From a bacterium (lineage in GTDB: Bacteria; ARS69): a DNA stretch of 64,000 bases. The stretch spans positions 629-64,628 of the forward strand of contig JALGZR010000012.1 in NCBI GenBank assembly GCA_025774805.1, written 5' to 3'. Position numbers and translations under genes: made by a program. The notes under the pieces were generated by a model. That model searched no databases. It was not told where the DNA came from and was given only the letters and a program-made list of their open reading frames with translations. This document shows, piece after piece, positions 9,361 to 19,247 of the stretch; positions within the stretch are counted from its first letter, which is position 1; the number at the start of each line of letters is the position of its first letter.

Positions 9361-10911
9361 TCAGGAGACCTGCGGCAGGTGCCGATCCCACCAGCGCTTC
9401 GCCAGCTCCGGGGTCCAGGCGGCGGCCGCCGGGTGATCGGCGAGCATCGTCGCCAGGGCGTCCGCGCTCTGCGGACGTTCGACCGGGTCCTTCCGCAGGC
9501 AGGCCATCAGGATCGCTTCCAGATCTCCGGAAACGTCGAGCTCCGTTCGCTGCGAGGGCGGCACGGGCGGAGTTCTCGCGTGATGCAGCATCGTCTCCAT
9601 CGCGGTGGCGCCCTCGAAGACCAGCTTACCGGTGACCAGCCAGTATCCGACGCAGCCGACGGTGTAAATGTCGGTGCGGGGATCGACGGGCCGATCTCCC
9701 AGCACCTGCTCCGGGGCCATGAATGCCGGCGTGCCGCCGACCGTCTGCTCCCGAGTCAACGGTTCCGTCTCCTCCGTTTCGGCGGGCTTGACCAGTCCGA
9801 AGTCCAGTACCTTCACGAAGTCGACTTGCCGCCCGTAGCGACAGACGTACAGATTCGCGGGCTTGATGTCGCGGTGGATCAGGTTGCTCTCGTGCGCCTC
9901 CCCCAGGGAGTCGCAGATCTGCAGGAGCAGATGGATCGCCCGCTCGGCCGGTACCGGACCGTGGTTGCGGATCAAGCTGTCGAGGTCGAGACCGTCCAGC
10001 AGCTCCATGACGTAGTAGAACGTGCCGTCCTCGATTCCGAAATCGTAGAGGGCGATGGTGTGGGGAGATCGCATCATCGCGGTCGCCTGAGCCTCCCGCT
10101 CGAACCGCCCGAGGATCCGCGAGACGTCCTCTCCTCCCCGGGCTCCGATCAGCTCCGGGCGAACCAGCTTGATGGCGGCGGGTCGGGCCAAGAGCTCGTG
10201 CCGGGCTTGCCAGACCTCCCCCATCCCCCCGTGCCCGAGCCGTTTCTCCAGCCGATAGCTCCCGAGCTGGCGCGCCTCCTCCACCGCGCGGTGAATGCCG
10301 TGAATGACGACGGATCCGAACACGGCCACCGCGACGGTGATCACCCCGGTGATGCAGGCGATGAGGTAATCGTCCGCCGTTCCGTGCATGCCGATGGACC
10401 CGAGAATCACGAGTCCCCCGGGGATCGTCGCCGCCGCGGCGAGCGAGCTGAAAAACGTCCTCCACGGGGGGGTCGGGACGATCAGTGGATAGACGACGAT
10501 GATGAGGCTCGCAAACGTCATGTCCATGAAGAAGCCGACACGTAGGTGGTTGATCCACTGGTCCGCGACCGTGATGGTCAGGCAGAGGAGAACCTCATAG
10601 AGGAGTCCGAGGTTCAGAACCGTGACGTGGCCGAAACGCGGACTGCGCGTCACCCAGTAGAAGACTCCGTGAGCGGCGATCGCCACCAGGTGAAGGAAGG
10701 AGACCGTATCGCGGAAGCCGGGAGGGGCCTCCAGATCCACCGCGAAGAACCGAACGACGATCGCGACCGCGGCGAACAGCGCCGCCTGGAACAGCACGAA
10801 CTTCCCGAGCCGGCCGCGTGCTTTCACCATGAGGTCCGCCGGAATCCCGAAGGACCGGCCCGACTCGGCGGGGGTCTCGCGGAGCAAGACGGTCGGGAGC
10901 GGCTGGCGCAT
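9361..10911 (-). CDS. Ser/Thr protein kinase with N-terminal multi-TM region
   Basis: About 6 hydrophobic helices, then GHGGMGEV, AAIK, HRDIKPAN, DFG, GTPAFMAPE. Confidence 0.93.
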   Translation of the reverse strand: MRQPLPTVLLRETPAESGRSFGIPADLMVKARGRLGKFVLFQAALFAAVAIVVRFFAVDLEAPPGFRDTVSFLHLVAIAAHGVFYWVTRSPRFGHVTVLNLGLLYEVLLCLTITVADQWINHLRVGFFMDMTFASLIIVVYPLIVPTPPWRTFFSSLAAAATIPGGLVILGSIGMHGTADDYLIACITGVITVAVAVFGSVVIHGIHRAVEEARQLGSYRLEKRLGHGGMGEVWQARHELLARPAAIKLVRPELIGARGGEDVSRILGRFEREAQATAMMRSPHTIALYDFGIEDGTFYYVMELLDGLDLDSLIRNHGPVPAERAIHLLLQICDSLGEAHESNLIHRDIKPANLYVCRYGRQVDFVKVLDFGLVKPAETEETEPLTREQTVGGTPAFMAPEQVLGDRPVDPRTDIYTVGCVGYWLVTGKLVFEGATAMETMLHHARTPPVPPSQRTELDVSGDLEAILMACLRKDPVERPQSADALATMLADHPAAAAWTPELAKRWWDRHLPQVS

Positions 10912-11038
10912 GGGTCACCTCAGGGGGTCGCCGCAGGGTAACTCCGGGGCCGGATTCGGTCATCGGGCGAGAGCGGCCGTCCCGGGCCGGGCGGGGCGAC
11001 GGGAACGGCCTTCGGCGGCGGACTCCGCCCAGCAGGGC

Positions 11039-11068
11039 TTGACATTTACGTAAGCGCTAACGTATATT
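11039..11068 (+). promoter_or_regulatory. Sigma70 promoter with an overlapping near-palindromic operator
   Basis: TTGACA (11039-11044), 18-nt spacer, TATATT (11063-11068); TACGTAAGC|GCTAACGTA (11047-11064) has one mismatch. Confidence 0.7.
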
Positions 11069-11103
11069 TCGAATGAGAGCCGGGATGAACCTCGGAGAAG
11101 CCG

Positions 11104-12138
11104 ATGGACGCGATCGAAGAGCTCGGTGCCTTGGGCCTCGCGAGCCGTCTGAAACGGTTGAGCGACTACCTCTACCGGGAGGTCGCCCACGTCTACCGGG
11201 ATCTCGGCGCCGGCATGGAGCCCCGCTGGTTTCCCGTGCTCCATCTCCTTTCGGTTCGCGCCCCTCTCTCGATCACCGAGATCGCGGACGAGCTGAGGCT
11301 GACCCACGCCGCCGTGAACCAGACCGCCGGGACCATGGAGCTGCGCGGGCTCGTTCGGTCGCGGAAGGGAAGGCCGGACGGGCGACGGAGGATCCTGATC
11401 CTGAGTCGCAAAGGCCACCGGCTCGTCGAGCGACTTCGCCCCGTGTGGAACACCATCCGTTCCCGTGCCGAGGAGTTGATCGACGAGGCGGGAGTCGATC
11501 TTCTCGCCGCCCTCGATCGAATGGAGGAATCGCTGAGCCACCGTAGCTACTACGAGCGCATCGCGGAATCGATTCCGGAGCTTCGAGAACGGACCGTGGA
11601 GATCGTGGAGTATCGACCGGCGTACAAGAAGCACTTCCGAAGCCTGAACCTCGAGTGGCTGGAGACGGAGCTCACGGTCGAGCCTCCCGATGAGAGACTC
11701 CTGTCGGATCCCAGCGGGCAGATCCTGCGGAAGGGAGGTCGAATCCTGTTCGCGCGGACCCCGAGCGGCGTGGTCGGCACCGTCGCCCTGATCCGTCTCG
11801 ACGCCCGCACGTTCGAGCTGGGCAAGATGGCGGTCACCGAGAGGGCACGGGGTCGGGGGATCGGAAGATGTCTCGCCGTGGCCGCTCTCGCTCTCGCGAG
11901 GGAGCTCGACGCCGAGACCGTTGTTCTGCATACCGTTCCCAAGCTCGTTGCGGCGGGGCGGCTCTACGAATCCCTGGGGTTCGTTCTGGATCCGGCCGGC
12001 GAGCACGAGGACACCGGTTACGAGAGGAAGACGATCCGGATGGTCAAGAAGCTCCGTCCCGCTCAGCGTCGCCGTTCGGGACCGACCCCGGAGCCTTCGC
12101 GTCGCCGTACGAGATCGAGGATCGCGAACGGTGTGTAG
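11104..12138 (+). CDS. MarR-family HTH regulator fused to a GNAT acetyltransferase
   Basis: N-terminal LASRLKRL...SITEIADELRLTHAAVNQ...DGRRR; C-terminal ELGKMAVTERARGRGIG...LYESLGF. Confidence 0.9.
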   Translation: MDAIEELGALGLASRLKRLSDYLYREVAHVYRDLGAGMEPRWFPVLHLLSVRAPLSITEIADELRLTHAAVNQTAGTMELRGLVRSRKGRPDGRRRILILSRKGHRLVERLRPVWNTIRSRAEELIDEAGVDLLAALDRMEESLSHRSYYERIAESIPELRERTVEIVEYRPAYKKHFRSLNLEWLETELTVEPPDERLLSDPSGQILRKGGRILFARTPSGVVGTVALIRLDARTFELGKMAVTERARGRGIGRCLAVAALALARELDAETVVLHTVPKLVAAGRLYESLGFVLDPAGEHEDTGYERKTIRMVKKLRPAQRRRSGPTPEPSRRRTRSRIANGV

Positions 12139-12797
12139 TAGACGTAGAACGAGATCGCGCCGGCGACCCCCAGTACCGGGATGTACCACGGCCAGGGGCC
12201 GAAGTAGTCGATGACCGAAGCGCGCTCCGGTTTGTGCATGAGGAAGAGGTAGTTCGTCTTCAGGGCGATGTTGACCGGCGTGATGAGCGCGGCGTAGACA
12301 AGCGTGACGAGAAAGACCTTCCAGATCGAGCGATGGGTCGGTCGGAGCCGAAAGACCACCGTCGCATAGAGGGCTCCCAGGATGATGAGTCCGTGGCTCA
12401 GGAAGAACAAGATGAAGATGGGATGGGGGAATCCGAAGTGGAGCTCGGGCGTCAGGATCGCCTGCACCGTGCCTCCCAACCCCCAGAAGTAGACGATCTC
12501 GTAGAGTATTCGGGTGCGACGAACGAGGACCACCGCGGTCAAGAAGATGGCGATCCCGCAGAGGTGAAGGGGGAGCCTCTGCGCAAGGGGAATGCCGTAC
12601 ACCTGGACATCCATCCAGATCCGAAAGAACTCCTGGACGACGAGGAGCGTCGCAAGAACGTGCGCGACCCGTGTCTCCCCGGTCGCCGAACCCCGGGACC
12701 GAACCCAGAGGGGAACCACGACCCCCACGGCGCCGATCACTCCGATCGCGACCACGTGGGCGGGGCCGAAGAGCGTGAAGGGTGGATCCGGGCTCAT
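12063..12797 (-). CDS. YwaF/TIGR02206-like integral membrane protein
   Basis: FGPAH, LPLHLC, QAILTPEL, FFLSH, NYLFL..KP, GPWPWY motifs; multiple TM helices. Confidence 0.85.
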   Translation of the reverse strand: MSPDPPFTLFGPAHVVAIGVIGAVGVVVPLWVRSRGSATGETRVAHVLATLLVVQEFFRIWMDVQVYGIPLAQRLPLHLCGIAIFLTAVVLVRRTRILYEIVYFWGLGGTVQAILTPELHFGFPHPIFILFFLSHGLIILGALYATVVFRLRPTHRSIWKVFLVTLVYAALITPVNIALKTNYLFLMHKPERASVIDYFGPWPWYIPVLGVAGAISFYVYYTPFAILDLVRRREGSGVGPERRR

Positions 12798-13123
12798 CGC
12801 TCCCGATCCCCCGTCTTTACCGTACCGGCCGGCTCAAAAAGCAATACCCGTGCCTCTCGGTCGGCTCGTGGACAGTGCTCCACTCCCCGCGGCACGATGA
12901 TGAACTCCCCCTGGCTCACGGTGACGCATCGATCCCGAAACTGCATGTCGAAGGCGCCCTCGAGCACCAGGAACAGCTCGTCTTCGCGCTCGTGCCGGTG
13001 CCAGACGAACTCCCCCTCGAACTTGGCGATCTTCACCTGATGGTCATTGAGCTCACCGACGACCTTCGGATCCCAGCAGGAGTCGAGCCGGGAGAGCTCC
13101 TGGCCGAGGTTTACTTTGTCCAT
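12794..13123 (-). CDS. Cupin domain protein
   Basis: GEFVWHRHEREDELFLV and IVPRGVEHCP cupin motifs; ATG 13123; ATGA overlap with the downstream gene. Confidence 0.9.
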   Translation of the reverse strand: MDKVNLGQELSRLDSCWDPKVVGELNDHQVKIAKFEGEFVWHRHEREDELFLVLEGAFDMQFRDRCVTVSQGEFIIVPRGVEHCPRADREARVLLFEPAGTVKTGDRER

Positions 13124-13340
13124 GGGTCCCCCCGATCCCGGGCCGCGGTTCGATTTCACCTCTTCACTCCGCCGGGCAGTATGCCAGAAGCTCCGGCCCT
13201 TTGCTCCCGCGCTGGACATCTGTGGAAGGGTGCGTAGACTCGCGGGTGGGCCGTTCCCGCGGATGAGGCGAATACGGTGGCCGGACATCCGGAACGGAGC
13301 CCCCTTCCGTTTTCGACTCAAACGATGAGGGCGTAAGGTA

Positions 13341-13652
13341 ATGGAAACGATCGGTCCTTCGGCGTTTGTCGTCGCGATACTCTATTTCCTCAGCCGCTGG
13401 GAGCTCGCCACGATCGAGCACGCCGTGGCCCACCCCGGCGTCGGTCGTCCCGAGATCACGTGGCAGATCGCCTGGTGGTTCGCCATGATCGTGAGCGTAC
13501 TGGGAGCGATCAGCCTCCATGTCCGGCTGCTGGCCGAGACTCCTCCGAGCCCGGGTGTTCGCCTCTTCAATCTCATCGTCTTCGGTGGCTTCCTGATCGG
13601 CTTCTTCGTGAGCGGACAGTTCGACCACAGGGCGCGGCTGCGGGCCCCGTAA
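13341..13652 (+). CDS. Hypothetical three-TM membrane protein
   Basis: Three hydrophobic segments; purine-rich region before the ATG. Confidence 0.55.
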   Translation: METIGPSAFVVAILYFLSRWELATIEHAVAHPGVGRPEITWQIAWWFAMIVSVLGAISLHVRLLAETPPSPGVRLFNLIVFGGFLIGFFVSGQFDHRARLRAP

Positions 13653-13677
13653 TCGGATCGCCCGGCGCTCGACGGCG

Positions 13678-13686
13678 TGCTACAAT
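13678..13686 (+). promoter_or_regulatory. Putative extended -10 promoter
   Basis: TGcTACAAT about 100 nt upstream of the lipoprotein start. Confidence 0.4.
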
Positions 13687-13789
13687 GGGTGGGTTTCAGA
13701 TTCCCTCCTGGGATTCCATCGTGGGCATGCCCGGGCCCGGAATCCAGATCGCGATTGCCCGCGACCCTACCGTCCCAGGAGACATTTCC

Positions 13790-14347
13790 GTGTCACGATT
13801 CCTTCGGTGCGGCCAGACCGTGATCGCGGCCGCAGCACTCTTGTCGCTTGTCGCCTGTTCCGGCGAGACCCCTCCACCCGAGGAGGCATCGCTTCCGATC
13901 ACCGAGTCGGATCCGGCCACGTTCCAAGAGGAGTTCGCTCGCATCCAACAGCGCCTGGGGTCCATTCGACAGAGGGCGATGGGGGATTCGGCCCTGATGG
14001 CGGAGTTCGCTGCCCTTCGCGATGTCGTGGAAAAGAAGATGGTCGAGCTGGATCCCGAGATCTCCGCTCATCGGCAACACCTCATCGCTCTCCAGGCCGA
14101 CTATCGCCAGGCGGAGCAGTCGGGAGACGTCGAGACGTCGAAGCAGATCCAGCAGGAGGGCAGCGCGCTCCAGGCGAAGATCCGGCAGACGGAGGCCCAG
14201 GTCCTCCAGCAGGAAGAGATCGTCGAGAGAATGACGACATTCCAGGAGAAGGTCGTCGCCAGGATGACCGAGATCGATCCGGAGACGCCCACTCTCCTCG
14301 AACGCGCGACCGCGGTGGCGGAGGGGAGGCAGGCGTCCGGAGGTTGA
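13790..14347 (+). CDS. Coiled-coil lipoprotein
   Basis: GTG 13790 after AGGAG; lipobox LVAC; Q/E-rich helical heptads. Confidence 0.7.
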   Translation: MSRFLRCGQTVIAAAALLSLVACSGETPPPEEASLPITESDPATFQEEFARIQQRLGSIRQRAMGDSALMAEFAALRDVVEKKMVELDPEISAHRQHLIALQADYRQAEQSGDVETSKQIQQEGSALQAKIRQTEAQVLQQEEIVERMTTFQEKVVARMTEIDPETPTLLERATAVAEGRQASGG

Positions 14348-14554
14348 CGGGCCGGTTCCGGCGGACCCGGAGTGGTCCACGACTTGCGCCGAGATATCCT
14401 TCTCGGTCGCGGGCGCCCCTACTTCGTGATGGACAGCGCCTCGCTCTCTTCACGCCGATTCGTCGCGCAGGCTGTTTGTGAGCCGAGATCTCGGACACCA
14501 TCCCTGAGGTCTCCGGGTCAACCACCCCCCCTCTCCCCCCCTGCACAGCGTGAT

Positions 14555-14582
14555 TTGCGAACGGCAGGGCGTAAGGTATAGT
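14555..14582 (+). promoter_or_regulatory. Putative sigma70 promoter
   Basis: TTGCGA-16nt-TATAGT upstream of the 14708 gene. Confidence 0.4.
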
Positions 14583-14707
14583 GGAGAGACACGGAGTCGA
14601 TTCCCTCCCCCCCGGCCCGTGCTAGACTCGTTTCCGCGCCGAACGGGCGCCCCCCTTTCCCCCCGGCCGCCGATCCACCTCTCTTCGCGGCAACCCGGAG
14701 GAGTCAT

Positions 14708-17239
14708 ATGTTCCCGTCTTTCCTGCGCTCGCAGGTTCTGCTGCCCGTCGCCGCGGTCGCGCTGACGCTCTCCGTCCCGAGCGCCGTCGCGGCCGCCGAG
14801 CCCCGGTCTCCCTCCCCGCTCCTCGAGTGGATGGAGTCGATGGAACAGTTCTTCGAGGAGAGTCCGGAGCTCAAGGACCAGCGGGGAAGCGGCTGGAAGC
14901 CATTCAATCGGATGAAGTGGAACATCGAGCACCGGCTGGGCGGACGACTCCCGGAGGCGCGGGAGATGTTCGAAGCCTGGCAGATCAAGCAGGAGCGGCA
15001 GCGGCAGGTCGGCCCGCGCTCCGGCTGGTTCCAGCTCGGTCCCCTGAACCAATCGGGACGCATCACCACGATCGAGTTCCATCCCACGGACCCGAACATC
15101 GTCTATATCGGGTCCGCGAGCGGCGGCCTCTGGAAGTCGACCGACGGAGGGGATACGTACGTCACGACCACCGACCAGCTTCCCTCCCTCCTGATCGGGG
15201 CCGTCGTCGTTCTTCGCGAGGATCCGAACGTGGTTCTCGTGGGTACCGGCGAAGGGGCCGGTGGGCAATCGGGGGTCGGGGTCTTCAAGTCGACCGACGC
15301 CGGCGCCACGTGGCAGCCGACGAGTCTCTCCTACTCCCTCCCGAGCGGTCACGGATTCCACGTCATGGAGGTGAACCCGCTCACCGGCACGATCCTGGCC
15401 GGCGCGACCGACGGGCTCTGGCGCTCGGTCGACCAGGGGGACACCTGGACGCGTGTCAAGGACGGCGGCCACTACTACGACGTGAAGTGGAAGCCCGGCG
15501 ATCCCACCCGGATGTACACATGCCGCGGATTGGGCAGTGGCGGGAACAACGTCAAGGTCTCCGCCGATGACGGTCTGACCTGGACGAAGGTCGGAACCGG
15601 CCAGCCCCCATCGTTTCAGATCGGAAAGACGAAGATCGCGGTGACCGCGGCGGATCCCAGTGTCATCTACGCGAACTACACGCGCTCGGACAACTACCAG
15701 ACGCTCGGCGTCTACCGGAGCACGGACGACGGGGCGACCTGGGAGGCCCGCAACACCACGACGAACATGGTGAACAGCCAGGGGTGGTACAACCTCACGA
15801 TCGCCGTCGATCCCGACAACGTCGACCGGGTCATCGCGGGCGGCGTCCGCCTCTACGAGTCCAACGACGGGGCCGTCACCCTTACCCAGACCCACAGCGT
15901 AACCGCGCTCGGGAACGAGACCGACGTGCACTGGGACCATCACGACATCACTTACGAGCCGGGCTCCACGGACGCGCTCTGGGTGGGCACCGACGGCGGG
16001 GTGTGGAGGTCGACCGATGACGGGGACAACTGGCACTCCCGCCGGGAGGGTCTCCCGACGTTCCAGTTCTACGACATCTGCGTCTCGCAGAGCGATCCGA
16101 CGTTCATGACCGGGGGATCGCAGGACAACGGATTCCCCGGGAGGGACGCGGGGCCGGACGAGTGGTTCATCTCCACGCTCGTCGCCGACGGAATGGTGTG
16201 CAACATCAACCCCGCCAACGGGACGATCTACGGCGAGTGGCAGTTCGGGAACCACGTGAAGAGCCGCACGAGCGGGCATAGCTGGTTCGACATCATGAAC
16301 GGGATCACCGGAGACGGGGCCTGGGTGACGGCCGTCGACGAGGATCAGAACCAGGGGAACCGGCTGTTCACTTCCACCACCGACGGCATCTTCCGCACGA
16401 CGACCGGAGGAAACCTCTGGGAGAACGTCGCGGGACACACCGCGATCTGGATCTCGATCAGTCCGGTCGACGGTAACATCGTGTGGTCGGTGAATGCGGC
16501 TCGACCCTACGTCTCGACGGATGGCGGAGAGACCTGGTCCCCGGCCGGAGCCTACGGCTTCACCGTCGGTCCGGAGACGAAGATCCAGGCCCACCCCGTC
16601 GACCTGGGGACCGCGTTCGTCACGTTCGGGTCGTTCAATGACGTGGCTCACGTCGCGATTACGACGGACTTCGGCGCGACCTGGACCGACGTGACCGGCG
16701 ATCTCCCCTCGATTCCGGTCAACACGATGATCGTGGATCCAATCGAGACCGACCTCTGGTTCATCGGAACCGACTTCGGCGTCTGGACGAGCTCGAACGG
16801 CGGGGCGAACTGGGTTCCCTTCGAGACCGGCCTCCCGAACCTGGTCGTGACGGATCTGGAGATCCACCGAACGACCCGCAAGCTCGTGGCCGGAACCTAC
16901 GGCCGCGGAGCCTGGGAAGTGAATCTGCCTTTCCAGGGCACGGGAGTGGACATCTCGGTCGCCGGTCCGGCACTGAATCTCATGCTCGATCCCCCGGCGC
17001 CGAACCCGGTGCGCGACCGGACCTGGTTGCGCTTCGCGGCCAAGCACGAGGGCAAGGTCACACTCGACGTGTACGATGTCCACGGGCGCCGCATCGACCG
17101 GGTGGCCGAGCTCCCGCGCGGAGACGGCGTAGTGAGGGCGGCCCCCTGGATCCCGGCCGACGCCGGTAGCGGTGTCTACTTCGTCGTGCTCACCGCGGGC
17201 GCGGACCAGAAGACGGTGAAGATGACCGTGGAGCGGTGA
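14708..17239 (+). CDS. Secreted BNR/Asp-box (VPS10/sialidase-like) beta-propeller protein with FlgD-Ig/T9SS-like C-terminal domain
   Basis: GGAGG RBS; signal peptide; many S-x-D-x-G-x-T-W Asp boxes; GTYGRGAW; C-terminal PAPNP...VYDVHGRR...SGVYFV. Confidence 0.88.
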   Translation: MFPSFLRSQVLLPVAAVALTLSVPSAVAAAEPRSPSPLLEWMESMEQFFEESPELKDQRGSGWKPFNRMKWNIEHRLGGRLPEAREMFEAWQIKQERQRQVGPRSGWFQLGPLNQSGRITTIEFHPTDPNIVYIGSASGGLWKSTDGGDTYVTTTDQLPSLLIGAVVVLREDPNVVLVGTGEGAGGQSGVGVFKSTDAGATWQPTSLSYSLPSGHGFHVMEVNPLTGTILAGATDGLWRSVDQGDTWTRVKDGGHYYDVKWKPGDPTRMYTCRGLGSGGNNVKVSADDGLTWTKVGTGQPPSFQIGKTKIAVTAADPSVIYANYTRSDNYQTLGVYRSTDDGATWEARNTTTNMVNSQGWYNLTIAVDPDNVDRVIAGGVRLYESNDGAVTLTQTHSVTALGNETDVHWDHHDITYEPGSTDALWVGTDGGVWRSTDDGDNWHSRREGLPTFQFYDICVSQSDPTFMTGGSQDNGFPGRDAGPDEWFISTLVADGMVCNINPANGTIYGEWQFGNHVKSRTSGHSWFDIMNGITGDGAWVTAVDEDQNQGNRLFTSTTDGIFRTTTGGNLWENVAGHTAIWISISPVDGNIVWSVNAARPYVSTDGGETWSPAGAYGFTVGPETKIQAHPVDLGTAFVTFGSFNDVAHVAITTDFGATWTDVTGDLPSIPVNTMIVDPIETDLWFIGTDFGVWTSSNGGANWVPFETGLPNLVVTDLEIHRTTRKLVAGTYGRGAWEVNLPFQGTGVDISVAGPALNLMLDPPAPNPVRDRTWLRFAAKHEGKVTLDVYDVHGRRIDRVAELPRGDGVVRAAPWIPADAGSGVYFVVLTAGADQKTVKMTVER

Positions 17240-17494
17240 TCTCACTGTCCGGGGCCCCGCGTCGCAGCCGGCGCGGGGCCCGCGGCAACCTCCCGACAAA
17301 CTCCCGATCCTCAGAGCGATCCGATCGCCCTCTGGCGGCGATCGCTCTCCTTCCCGCCCTCGACGGCCGCGATCGGGTGTGCGTTACTATCCCACGATCC
17401 GCTCGCGCTCCACGTGCACAACGCAGCGCGAGGCCGCATGCCCGCACACTCCCGCTCACGACCCGGACGGGCGAGCGACTCAGGGGAGGTGTCC

Positions 17495-19186
17495 ATGAAG
17501 GCAACCGTTTCGGCCGGCAGTCTCGTCTTGAAGAACCGAATTGCGCGAGTGCTCGCGGCACTTGCGCCCTCCGTCCCGGTACCGCTCGGCCTGGCGTTGA
17601 TCGCGCTGGTCTCCCCGGCGGCGGCAGCTCCGGGGGACGTCCTGCACCACCTCTCCACGCCCGGCTCCACGCCCACGGGTCTCACCTTCGACGGCCGCGA
17701 CCTGTGGGTGGCCGATCGCCTGGCGGACACGCTCTACGCCCTCGATCCCACCACGGGGGAGGCGCGCCGACAGATCCCCGCGCCCGGCTTCATCCCCCGA
17801 GGACTGGCCTGGGACGGTTCCCATCTGTGGTGCGTAGACGGTGAGGAGAACCGGATCAGCCGATTGGATCCCAATACCGGGGTGACGGTCCGGAGCTTCG
17901 AGTCGCCGACTCCGAACCCGCACGGTCTGACCTGGGACGGCAGCGATCTGTGGCTGGCGGACCAGTCCGAGGACGTCCTGTGCAAGATCTCGCCGGTCGA
18001 CGGCACCGTGATCGAGCGGTTCACGGCGCCCATGAAGGTCTCGACCGGCCTGGCCTGGTGGAACGGCTACCTCTGGTGCGGCGACCGCAAGGAGGACCGA
18101 ATCTACCTGGTGGCCCCCGACCACGGCGGGGAAGTCGTTCTGAGCCTCGAGGCGCCGGGGGATCACGTGCGGGGTCTGACCCACGACGGCGAGTCGCTCT
18201 GGGCCGCCGACTACCAGGAGGACGCGATCTTCCGGCTCGTGATCGAGGACGACGAGACGCGGAAGTCCACCGAGCCGCACACCCTCGATCTGCTGCTCAC
18301 CCAGGAGTTCCGGAACTACGGTCCCGGAGAGGTGACCGAGCTGGACGTCTACATCGCCGTCCCCCGCGAGCTCCCGAGTCAGAAGCTCTTGACGGGACCG
18401 GAGTTCACCCCCTCCCCCGACGAGATCGTCCGGGATCGCTGGGACCAGCCCGTGGCCCACTTCCGCCTCCACGACCTGCCCCTGGCCGAGCGCAGGCAGA
18501 TCCGGATGAGCGTGCGGACCGAGCTGGCCGCCGTTCGCCACTTCGTCTTTCCCCATCTTGTGGGCGAGCTCGAGGACCTTCCCGAGGAAGTCCGCGAGCG
18601 ATACCTCGTGGACGAGGACAAGTACCGCCTCGAGGATCCCCGGATCCGGAAGGCGGTTTCCGAAGCGGTCGGCGACGAGACGAATCCGTACTGGATGATG
18701 CGAAACATCCACCGTCACATCCGTGAGCGAATGCACTACGAGCTGGCCGGCGGCTGGAACGTCGCTCCCCGGGTGCTCGAGCGCGGCAACGGCTCGTGCA
18801 GCGAGTACACGTTCGTCTTCATCGCAATGTGCCGGGCCGCGGGCGTACCGGCGCGCTACGTCGGCTCCGTGGTGATCCGCGGCGACGAGGCCAGCACCGA
18901 CGAGGTGTTCCACCGCTGGAGTCAGGTGTACCTGCCGGGGTACGGCTGGGTGCACGTCGATCCGCAGGGGGGGGACAAGGAACTGCCGGGGCAGGTCGCC
19001 GAGTCGATCGGGGTGCTGTCGAATCGCTTTCTGATCACCACCGAGGGCGGCGGGAACTCGGAGTACCTCGGCTGGAACTACAACCACGACGAGAGGTGGC
19101 GATCGCGCGGGCCGGTCAAGGTGCACGTGGAAGCGGTCGGGGAGTGGAGCCCGGTAGAGGGGACCGAGGAGAACGAGGAGGGGTGA
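17495..19186 (+). CDS. Secreted beta-propeller plus transglutaminase-like domain protein
   Basis: Repeats of P-x-GL-x-W/F-DG-x-x-LW-x-AD; catalytic triad GSCSEY / HRW / VHVDP. Confidence 0.85.
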   Translation: MKATVSAGSLVLKNRIARVLAALAPSVPVPLGLALIALVSPAAAAPGDVLHHLSTPGSTPTGLTFDGRDLWVADRLADTLYALDPTTGEARRQIPAPGFIPRGLAWDGSHLWCVDGEENRISRLDPNTGVTVRSFESPTPNPHGLTWDGSDLWLADQSEDVLCKISPVDGTVIERFTAPMKVSTGLAWWNGYLWCGDRKEDRIYLVAPDHGGEVVLSLEAPGDHVRGLTHDGESLWAADYQEDAIFRLVIEDDETRKSTEPHTLDLLLTQEFRNYGPGEVTELDVYIAVPRELPSQKLLTGPEFTPSPDEIVRDRWDQPVAHFRLHDLPLAERRQIRMSVRTELAAVRHFVFPHLVGELEDLPEEVRERYLVDEDKYRLEDPRIRKAVSEAVGDETNPYWMMRNIHRHIRERMHYELAGGWNVAPRVLERGNGSCSEYTFVFIAMCRAAGVPARYVGSVVIRGDEASTDEVFHRWSQVYLPGYGWVHVDPQGGDKELPGQVAESIGVLSNRFLITTEGGGNSEYLGWNYNHDERWRSRGPVKVHVEAVGEWSPVEGTEENEEG

Positions 19187-19247
19187 GGGGAGTCGAGATC
19201 GGATCCGCTCGAGATCCCTGAACGTCCGTTGTTGCGGATCGGTTCCT

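Noticed and set aside
12063-12138. 76-bp convergent overlap (and a 29-bp overlap at 54286-54314) as antisense regulation
   Set aside because: Low-complexity C-terminal run-ons are common in high-GC genomes; no further support
17252-17281. GC hairpin after the BNR gene as a terminator
   Set aside because: 10-bp stem but no U tract; not supportable
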